NCBI GenBank assembly: GCA_964016885.1
Contig: OZ024757.1
Span: 19,840,001 to 19,904,000, forward strand
Source of the DNA: Eledone cirrhosa
Taxonomy: Eukaryota
Direction: 5' to 3'
Length of the DNA: 64,000 nt
Part shown: positions 54,071-64,000 of the stretch, in pieces
How the letters are laid out: every line of letters begins with the position of its first letter
Numbering within the stretch: position 1 is the first letter of the stretch
Translations under genes and position numbers: made by a program
Notes under the pieces: model-generated
The model's input: only the letters and a program-made list of their open reading frames with translations
What the model was told of the DNA's origin: nothing
Databases searched by the model: none

Positions 54071-55572
54071 TTACCTTCCAAAAATCCTGCGGAAGGTTTT
54101 CGAAGTTCTATGTTGGCAGTTGCTGAAAAAATCAGCTCTCCTATTAATTAATAGGGGGTCGCCTCTAATAATATTAAAGGTTTCAGCTATACATAAATTG
54201 CAGACACCAGTGCTGCCGTTATAAGGTTGGGCTGAGCAAACTATGGACCAGGATAAGGAGTGCTCTATATTCTGATGTTTAAGCTTCCAGACTAATTCAG
54301 AAAGTGCCGTGCTATTTTTTTTATCTAATCTATTAAAGGTATGGTGGTGATTATACCATCTATCCTTAAATTCCGTGGCAGTTGCCCCAACATACCTAAA
54401 GGTTCTATCAAAAGTGGAGACCTTACAGTCGTAGACTATGTTTTTGGTAAGGCATTTCCCAGCCATGGGGCAGGTGGCGGTGCTTCTGCAGTTACATTTT
54501 TTGCTATCGACCTGGGTAGTTCCAGATGGACCACAGTACCTTAGGGGTTGGGTCTCAGTTCCTGTCTGCTTTATGGGTAAATTCCCTGGGGTTGGGGAGA
54601 CCCGACTCGCCTCACGTGTATGAGTCGGTTCCTCCATAGAGCTGCCATTGTTCCTGCCATGCCTAATTCCCTCTTGGGCTGTCCTAAGTCTATTATAATT
54701 CATCTTAGCTATATTCTGAGCTATGTTACTAGTTGTGGAGTAGGACAGCTTGATGGTATTCCTATTGAATATCTTATAGTATCTGTGCGATCTAAGGAAG
54801 CATTTGTCTAAGGCCCTAAAGAAAAGCTTAACTATACTAGTGGTCAGGCCACTGGAGTAAGGGGGATTATACCACAGGACTTTTCTGGTCCGATGCCTTT
54901 TGTTCTTACTAACTATATTAGAGTTACTTGTCTCCCTAGTAGTTACTGGTCTATTGTTTAATGGACGTTTGAATGAGATTCCCTTGCTATGCCCCGCGCG
55001 TTCCAGGGCGCTATTATAGTAATTCGAGATCTTATTAAAGGTATCTTCAATGGCAAGATAGTCCTGAAATTCTACTAGAGACGCTTTTGGTAATACCGTT
55101 AGTGACTATTCTAGGGTGGTTCGATTTTGCGTTGACATAGTTTAAATTCTCGTTGGGTTTGTGGTAAGGTTGGAAGAGTCCTGAATTGAGGTTAAGTGTA
55201 ACATCTAGAAAATTAACTATCTTTAAATTCTCTTCAAATACTATACTTAGGTCTATGTTCTTGAAGAATTTGCTTAGTTTTTTTCCTCACCCCTCTACCA
55301 TACTATTATTGTGGAACGACACAGTAAACAAAACGTTGTCACGGTAAGCGCCACCTCCCAAGTGGGGCATTTCCACTCCGAGACAGTCAAGGAGGTAAAG
55401 GCCCACCAGATGCGTCACCTGGGCCGAGTCCGTGGATCCCATGGTGATGTCGAAATTGTCTGGCCAATCCTTCCTGGTCCACAGGTCACCGTTGAATTCA
55501 ATTAGGGTTTTCCTAGCTAGGAGAATAATGTTAATTTCTTCGGATGTAAGGTCGGTGTGTAAGCTAGCAAAG
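54071..55572 (-). mobile_element. Degraded 5'-truncated Penelope-like retroelement (RT + C-terminal GIY-YIG endonuclease), probably Naiad-like
   Basis: FDITMGSTDSAQV, YRDN (55335-55346), FLDVTLNL, SNHP, WYNPPYS, KIFNRNTIKLSYS, then CNCR..CP..GKC..IVY..YVG.T..FKDRWYNH..TALS..W.LK..WSI..CNLC..INRR..CQH; frameshifts in RT. Confidence 0.88.
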
Positions 55573-55650
55573 CTATATATGTATATATCTATCTATATAT
55601 GTATATGTATAAATATATATATGTGTATATATATCTCTCTATATATATAT

Positions 55651-55930
55651 AAGCACACCAAACACTCCTGACCCTATTCCCACTTACTCCATTTTTGTAG
55701 GTTCTGCAGCGAAGACAATGATTTTGAGACCCAGTTTCAACACATGGTCTCTCGCTTCATCTGGCATGACCCAAACAGCCTTCACCCCTGCCCATGAAGT
55801 AGACTGCACCTCACCTCAGCTCTCTCTCACCCCACAACCTTTCCCTTTCCCATCACTTATTGTCCTACACTCCTTCAACCACACCCCTTCTGCACCATAT
55901 TCTTCAAGGATTCCAAACTCTCCCTAACTA
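55651..55930 (+). mobile_element. Second Penelope-like RT thumb fragment, highly degraded
   Basis: KHTKHS*PYSHLLHFCRFCSEDNDFETQFQHMVSRF resembles the PLE motif SIPYSQFLRLRRICS..DF. Confidence 0.55.
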
Positions 55931-57757
55931 CCTTACTCTGTGGACTGGGTGCTTTTGTTGTTCTGGCACTGGATTTATCATAATTTCCACGGTAAAAAGG
56001 CTCCCAGTCCACACTGTAAATGCGGTTAGTGTTAGATAGGGCATTCAGCCATAGAAAACCTGCCAGAGACACTTCCGTACAAGCGAAACACGGTCTCCAG
56101 ACCAATCCCGCATCAAATGGAACAAAACCATCTAACCCATGCTAGCGTGGAAGGTGGATGTTAAGATGATGATGATGATGATGATGATGATTATAGATAT
56201 ATAGAGTTAAAGAATGAAGAGTAACATGGTTGGCTGTACAATAAGGGCTTTATTTAAAGTACTGACAATTGTTTCGTTGATCATGTGAGTCTAGAGTTTG
56301 CTAATCGCTTGAGGTTGCGTTATTCGATCTCCAGTACATTATTCACCTGTGGTCAACACATCAGACTGCGTAGATATATATCTCCATCGATGGAAAGCGT
56401 GACTGTAGGGACACTGATCAGACAGTACTTCATGTTGTTCGTGATTATCTTTTTCAACGTTCTCCCGGCCGTCTAGAGTTTATTTATCCATAATAAATGA
56501 CGCATTGGTCTGGCTTGCTGGTCTCGACCTGCCTCTCTATCTAATGTGCATATATCATACAAGACTACTACTACTACTACAATAGTACCTCACGTTGTTC
56601 AGGATTGCCCACTCAGACGTTTTCCTGGTGAACTGGAGGCAATCCATAATTGTTTCTACATTTGGCACGAGGCCAGCAATTACAGCATGGCCTCAGCCGG
56701 ATAGCTGGAGCAGGTAAAAGAGTATATACTGTTGTAATAGTTTGGTAGAAATATCCAAAGGTAAGAGCACTCAGTCCATAGGAAGAGTTAAGTATAATTA
56801 ATTACAACAGTGACATAAACAGGTACTTAAGTTTTGTTGGGTTATACACCCCAACTCATTCACCCTGTCATATCTTCTTTTTATTTAACAGCCTGAGTGA
56901 GCTAAGCTGTATAATCCAACACAACTTAAGTATCTGTACATGATAGGAAGGGCATCTAGCCAGAGGACCCCACAGTCATGTGAACATGTCAGCCTCCCCA
57001 GTGTTGGTGATAGAAAGGGCATCTAGCCATAGAAAGCTTTCCAAAGGGTTGGGAGGACCCCAGTTATGTGGAGGACATGACAGCTTCCCTAATGTTGGTG
57101 ATAGGAAGGGCATCCAGCCATAGAGAGCTTGCCAAACAAAGGGTTGGGACCACATTCAGTTGTGTCAAAGACATGACAACCTTTCCTGTGAGTGAGACCT
57201 TAGCTAAATAAGACATAGATCCCTGGTTTGTCTAGGAGTTGAGAAGGCCCACTGCAGTACTGACATGGTTTACATAGACATGTCCAACCCTTGCTAGCAG
57301 GGAAAATGGACGTTAAAACGACGACAATGACATATGTGGCATATATCAAACAGTTTCTCAGTGAAACCTGTCAAATTTTAGATTTTACTCTTTTACCATA
57401 AAGTGCCACAATTTTTGTTATCTTGCCCAAAACAAGATTGGAACATCAGCAGCCTGTCTGATGGGGGGGGGGGGGGCTGTTGCAGCAGGAGTTGCTGGCC
57501 ATTGTCCGTGGCAATGCTTTCGTGGTCGTGTCTGCAAGGTTCAGCCCCAGCCCCAATACCGGCGCACCCTAGGCCTAGAACACACCACCCTCCCCCTTTC
57601 TTCTGTGACCCTAAAGCCCTTGTCTTTCCCTTCCTTTTCCATAACCACAAAAACAATAACAAGCCTAAAATGTTAGAAAGAAGAAAAAAAATACAAGAAG
57701 AACAAAAACAACAAAGAATCGTTGAGAACAAACTTTATTATTATTATCATTATTATT

Positions 57758-57999
57758 GAGGGCAGTGGATTGGCAGATCGGTAGAGCGTCGGACACCATG
57801 CTTTGCCGCATAGAAGAATTCTTATAGTCCTTTACGTTCCGAGTTTAAAATCCTGCCAAGGCTAAGCTTTGCCTTTCATCCTTATGAGGGGGTCGATGAA
57901 ATAAAGCACCAGTAATACACTGGGGTTGATTTAATCAACTTTCCCCTCCCCCAAAATTGCTGGCCTTGTGCCTATAGTAGAAATCATTATTATTATTAA
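57758..57999 (+). mobile_element. SINE S1
   Basis: Homologous to 10101-10339. Confidence 0.85.
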
Positions 58000-58213
58000 T
58001 AAGAGGTACAGTAATGTGTGATATCGTTAGAGATTAACAGCTGGCCTGGCCACCAGAAAGTTAGTTATGGTCAAAAGATGTTGACAATCAAAACACAGGC
58101 ATGAAGACAAAGGCACTGAGATGGATCTTTTCTGGGGTTTTTTCTCTAAAATTTACAATAATTAGAACTCTTTCTGAATGTGTAGTGTGTATGTAATGTG
58201 TATATAGTGTGTA

Positions 58214-58870
58214 AAGGCGCGCGGCTTAGTGGTAAGTGTGTTCGACACACACTTGTAAGTTATAAGTTGTGTGCTGTTTTATTTTATTTTATTTTATTTT
58301 ATTTTATTTTATTTTATTTCACATTTCTGCAGTCCACTTACAGATGTACCTATAATTCCTAGCAAGGGCCAGCCTTGTCACATGGTGTGTCATGCCGAAT
58401 CTCCCGGGGGAATTAATTTCCAAGAAAGGGCCAGCCAAGTCACATGCTCTGTTGTGCCGAATCTCCCTGAGAATTTATTTCCAAGAAAGGGCCAGCCTTG
58501 TCACATAGTGTGTCATGCCGAATCTCCCTGAGAATTAATTTCCAAGAAAGGGCCAGCCTTGTCACATGGTGTGTCATGCCGAATCTCCCTGAGAATTAAT
58601 TTCCAAGAAAGGGCCAGCCTTGTCACATGGTGTGTCATGCCGAATCTCCCTGAGAATTAATTTCCAAGAAAGGGCCAGCCTTGTCACATGGTGTGTCATG
58701 CCGAATCTCCCTGAGAATTAATTTCCAAGAAAGGGCCAGCCAAGTCACATGCTGTGTCATTGCTGAATCTCCCTGAGAATTCCTTAAATGGTACATGTGT
58801 CTGTGTAAGGCTCAGCCACTAGCAAGCAAGTAAATTTTACGGGCAGGGGCCGTTCCATTAACCAAACAGC
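58214..58870 (+). mobile_element. tRNA-headed SINE-like element with an internal 61-bp tandem array (~7 copies, 58363-58780)
   Basis: GGCTTAGTGGT head; unit aagggccagccttgtcacatggtgtgtcatgccgaatctccctgagaattaatttccaaga. Confidence 0.7.
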
Positions 58871-58978
58871 ATGTTGTCAGTACAACACATACACACATGG
58901 GAATATTTTTTTCTTGTGCATTTAACCCACAGAGATGTGGAGTGGTTGGGTAGGTTTTCTTTTTTCTTCTACACTTAA

Positions 58979-59156
58979 CCCTTTAGCATTTAAACCAGCC
59001 ATATCTGGCCAGAATTCTCTCACCTCTTTCTGTTTAAACCGGCTGTAACTAGCCACTCATACCTATATTAAGGTATTGTTCTCAAAATAAATAACATCAA
59101 AATCTCATCGATCCGATATTATGTGAGATAAAGCCTTTACCATGAAAATACAATGG

Positions 59157-59188
<32 letters not shown>

Positions 59189-60017
59189 TAAAAAAATAAT
59201 GAATAAAACAATGAAACAGTTCCTTATATTAAACAAAAAAAGTTCATTATTTAACGATCGTTTCTAGGATATATATGTGTTAGAATTGGCATGTATATTC
59301 AACAGATCTATGTACAAAATTATACAAAATTATACAAACTATCAAAATTAAATATACATACCAACACATATATATATGCCGTCTTAAGAAATAATTATTT
59401 CTGAAGACGGCATATATATATGTGTTGGTATGTATATTTAATTTTGATAGTTTGTATAATGTTGTACATAGATCTGTTGAATATACATGCCAATTCTAAC
59501 ACATATATATCCTAGAAACGATCGTTAAATAATGAACTTTTTTTGTTTAATATAAGGAACTGTTTCATTGTTTTATTCATTATTTTTTTAATATTTTATC
59601 TTGACTCTGTATTCCGTTTATCTTTCACCGAAAGTGATTTTTCATTGCATCTCTTCTTTCCATGATATCCGGATTACATTGAGTTCTTCATACGGATTGG
59701 ACACTACCGTAAACTCTTGGTAGATTTATCTACATATATATATATATATATATATATTTATTTAATATAGAAATAGCTTCTACAGAACTAGAACTGTTTC
59801 ATTCAGGAGAAATCATCCCGAATAAAACAGTCCTAGTCCTGTAGAAGCCGTTTATATATTAAATATGTATACTCTGCTATATATTGAGTACCTTACTTAC
59901 TGTGGTTACCCCCCGATTGAACCCGGGATAAACATATATAGGAAAAGAGTCAGGACTCCGATGGCTGAACTCCAGCCAATTCAACAGATCTGAACACTCA
60001 ATGTAAATGCTAAAGGG
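58979..60017. mobile_element. piggyBac-like MITE hosting nested hammerhead elements in its internal (TA)n
   Basis: TTAA|CCCTTTAGCATT...AATGCTAAAGGG|TTAA; neighbouring repeat units (58922, 60067) show the empty ttaacc site. Confidence 0.88.
59394..59533 (+). ncRNA. Type I hammerhead with ~107-nt stem II, in a fold-back (59170-59600)
   Basis: ATTATTT CTGAAGA [long hairpin 59408-59514] GAA ACGATCGT T AAATAAT. Confidence 0.75.
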
Positions 60018-60320
60018 TTAACCTACAGAGATGTGAGTGGTTATTATTTTATTTTATTTTGTACACTTAACCCACAGATATGTGGATCGGTAATATTTTT
60101 TTCTCCTGTGCACTTAAGCCATCACTTACAGTTCTTCACCTATGTGTTGAATGCCAACAAATAAGAGGTGACCATAAAGAGTATTTTTTTTTTTTTTTTT
60201 TTTCACGAGAACAATTTTATTTTCATTTTAAACATTAAATAGAATCAATAAATACAAACCAGGCGTTCAATACTGAACAATTTTAACTATGAATTTTTTT
60301 CGCCCTTGACAGCATGTATG

Positions 60321-60369
<49 letters not shown>

Positions 60370-60375
60370 CACGTA

Positions 60376-60410
<35 letters not shown>

Positions 60411-60540
60411 GTATGTCTTTACACATATGCATATGTGTGTGTGTATATATATGTATATATATATATATATGTCTTTACACATATGCATATGTGTGTGTGT
60501 ATATATATATATTTACACATATGCATATGTATATATATGA

Positions 60541-60583
<43 letters not shown>

Positions 60584-60588
<5 letters not shown>

Positions 60589-60728
60589 TGTTTAATAGAG
60601 AAATGGCTTCTACATGACTAGAACTGTTTCATTCGAAAGAAATCATCTGGCTTTCCTGATGATTTTTTTCAAATGAAACACTTCTCGTCATGTAGAAGCC
60701 ATTTATATATATATATATTAAACATGAT
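60584..60728. ncRNA. Fold-back pair of hammerhead folds (relative at 59770-59850)
   Basis: GGCTTTC CTGATGA ttttttcaaat GAAACA..TGTA GAAGCC (60649-60700); mirror arm with CAGATGA core. Confidence 0.65.
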
Positions 60729-60786
60729 GTTTTCACTCTACTAATGTATTGAGTACCTTACTGACTGTGGTTAGCCCCGATTGACT

Positions 60787-60821
<35 letters not shown>

Positions 60822-61079
60822 TTACATATATATCCCCAAATATTTTTAAGAATATAAAAATATATAAACCATGTATGTATGTATGTTACGAACATGCAAC
60901 TTGAAAATATAGAAATATATCCAATATTATGATAAATATGTAATTTTAATTTTTTTTATTTTTATCTCTCACTGTAAAATTACACAAAATTTTTTAATAA
61001 GCCCCTGAAAAATTAATTTTTCACAAAGAATTATAAAATAAACATAAAAATAATTTCAAAACAAACAAAAACAATTTAA

Positions 61080-61299
61080 CCCTTTAGCATTTAAACTGGC
61101 TGTATCAGGCCAGAATTCTCTCACCCCTTTCTGTTTAAACCGGCCGTAACCAACCATTCATACTTATGTTAAGGTATTGTTCTCAAAATAAACTATCAAA
61201 ATCTCACAGATTCGACATTGTGTGAGATATTATGTAAACTAAAATCTTTACCACAAAAATACAGTAGTATATATATAGAGTAATGTAAATGCTAAAGGG
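61080..61299. mobile_element. piggyBac-like MITE, intact 220 bp
   Basis: TTAA TSD; TIR CCCTTTAGCATTTA / TAAATGCTAAAGGG. Confidence 0.92.
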
Positions 61300-61994
61300 T
61301 TAAACCAACGAACTAAAGAAGCTAGTTTAATGTTGGGGTGAAATAAACCCACCTGACTAACTACCAGTAATATATTGGTAACTAACATCGAAATTACTAC
61401 ATGCAGTAATTACTATCTCAAAAGGATTACAGATTCTTTGTGTTATCGTTTTATGAAGATGCTACTGTCAAGATTTCATGTTAATTCCTGGTAGCCCTAA
61501 CTTTACATACCTTATGTGTATATGTATATATACACACACACACATATATATATATATACACATGCACACATATACATATATATATGTTTACATGGTGTAA
61601 ATACATGTTATATATATATATATATATACACACATTTTTTTATATATACATGTCTGTTATTTATATATATATATATATATGTATTATTTATGTATACATA
61701 CATATATATTTATATACATACATATTTTTATATATACATACCTATATATTTATATATGCATATATATAAATATATATATATATACACGCACATATATGTA
61801 TATATATTCATATACCATACCCCGTTTTATTTATTCTCAACAGAGAGAGAATCAGACAGACAAAGAGAGAAAGACAAATAGATATGAACTGGTTTTATAA
61901 TTCAGAGAACGATGACTGTGAAAAAAAATATTCATGGAAAAAAAATATTTCAATGGAGAATATGCATGTATATATATATATATATTATACACAT

Positions 61995-62058
<64 letters not shown>

Positions 62059-63229
62059 GTGTATTTTAAGCAGCATTTAGCAGAAATTAAACTAGATAGA
62101 TAAAACAAAATTGTTTTAAAGACATATTAGCGACATAATTTATAATTAATGCTTTCAATTTTGTGTTGGCAAACAATAAATATATATATATATATATTTA
62201 TTTATTTGTCTATTTCTGACAACAAAACTGCTAACTGAGAAGGACAGAATAAGGAAGGAATATAGCACAAAAAATATCAAAAAAAAACAAAAACATATCT
62301 TAGCAAACTAAAGGAATATAATGAAAGTATTACCATACTATCATAAGATAGTATAGCAATACTATACTATCGTCATATAGTATACTAGGAAGGAGCTATA
62401 TCACTTTTCAACAGTATGCAACCATTTATATTATTTTGGCTTCCATTTGCAAAAAAATAGAATATGTTCTTAATCTTCTTGCTAATGATATTTATTCCCT
62501 GTGTATATATGTGTGTATATATATATATATTCATGTGTGTATATATATATATATATACATTAAATATATTTAATGATTTAGCTAAAATAGTATCTAGTCA
62601 GAAAAATAGAAGTCAACAATACGTATATATACATGTTTGTGTATATATATATATATATACACTCACTCATATATGTGAGTGAGTATAGCTAAATTTTGAA
62701 TATATATATATATATATATATATTATCACTCACACATGTAAGTGTATATATACACATATATATATATATACTCACACATGCATGTGTATTTATATATGTA
62801 TATACACAGGCATATGTGAGTGAATATATAAATATGTATATATATACTCACTCACACGGATACATGTGTTTACATATACACGTGTGTGTGTATATATATA
62901 TATAATCAAATAATCAATTTATATACAGACAAACAAAAATTAATATCAACAAAACAAACAAAACATCAGCAGATTTCTTGAAAAAAAAACAACACAATGA
63001 AAAAAAAAAGAAAAAAGAAAATTGCTGGTTTAATTGCTGCTTTCTTTCTTTCTTTCTTTCTATCTATCTACTGAATGTTTTACACACATTCGTATTCTTT
63101 TCTGATAGCATGGGCCAGACAGCACGCAAATACTATACCGATGATCTGAAACGAAACAATAGGACAATAGGTTTAACCCTTTTCAATATGTAGCCATCAA
63201 ACAAGCAAAAAAACCCCTGAAACTAACCC

Positions 63230-64000
63230 TCGTTCTACGGTACAAAACTCACCCTGCCTGGTTTTATGATAGAAAACTGGACATGGTTCTACGATACAAA
63301 ATTACCCCTGGTTTATGATATAAAACTGAGCCTGTTTCTATAGTACAAAACTAGCCCAGGTTTTATGATATAAAACTGAGCCTGGTTCTATAGTACAAAA
63401 CTAGCCCTGGTTTTATGATATAAAACTGAGCCTGGTTCTATAGTACAAAACTAGCCCAAGTTTTATGATAGAAAACTGGCCATGGTTCTGGGGTACAAAA
63501 CTAGCCCAGGTTTTATGATATAAAACTGAGCCTGGTTCTAAAGTACAAAACTAGCCCAAGTTTTATGATATAAAACTGAGCCTGGTTCTGGGGTACAAAA
63601 CTAGCCCAGGTTTTATGATAGAAAACTGGCCATGGTTCTGGGGTACAAAACTAGCCCAGGTTTTATGATAGAAAACTGGCCATGGTTCTGGGGTACAAAA
63701 CTAGCCCAGGTTTTATGATATAAAACTGAGCCTGGTTCTAAAGTACAAAACTGGCCATGGTTCTGGGGTACAAAACTAGCCCAGGTTTTATGATATAAAA
63801 CTGAGCCTGGTTCTAAAGTACAAAACTGGCCATGGTTCTGGGGTACAAAACTAGCCCAGGTTTTATGATATAAAACTGAGCCTGGTTCTAAAGTACAAAA
63901 CTGGCCATGGTTCTGGGGTACAAAACTAGCCCAGGTTTTATGATATAAAACTGAGCCTGGTTCTAAAGTACAAAACTGGCCATGGTTCTGGGGTACAAAA
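63230..64000. repeat. 25-bp-monomer satellite (50-bp dimers shifting to 75-bp trimers), runs off the window
   Basis: ggttttatgatataaaactgagcct / ggttctaaagtacaaaactggccat / ggttctggggtacaaaactagccca. Confidence 0.9.

Noticed and set aside
54071-54703. Selenoprotein-type Naiad element
   Set aside because: No in-frame TGA at endonuclease Cys positions in this copy
56255-56435. Possible long hammerhead (GAAACAATTGTC minus)
   Set aside because: 3' half is convincing but no intact CUGANGA core can be assigned

Overview
Eukaryotic, AT-rich, repeat-saturated DNA. The (TA)n/(CA)n density and SINE/RTE repertoire suggest an octopod cephalopod (inference). The only host gene I can support is the 3' end of ARMC4/ODAD2 (outer dynein arm docking complex subunit) on the + strand: three phase-0 GT-AG exons (38012-38200, 49918-50139, 51918-52028 with stop). 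No earlier exon is recognisable in 1-38011, so that stretch is probably one intron of at least 38 kb. Nearly all long ORFs in the track are translations of simple repeats. The rest consists of RTE-clade LINE fragments, two tRNA-derived SINE families, TTAA (piggyBac-like) and 8-bp-TSD (hAT-like) MITEs, a degraded Penelope-like element (RT + GIY-YIG), and large tandem arrays, several visibly grown from pieces of transposons. The most striking unannotated signal is a set of at least 7 type I hammerhead-ribozyme folds. They belong to several unrelated short non-coding elements, mostly in or next to (TA)n tracts and often arranged as head-to-head fold-backs. One has a ~107-nt stem II and one family carries a U3:A8 core. 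Ribozyme folds were read by eye and are untested; repeat boundaries are approximate.
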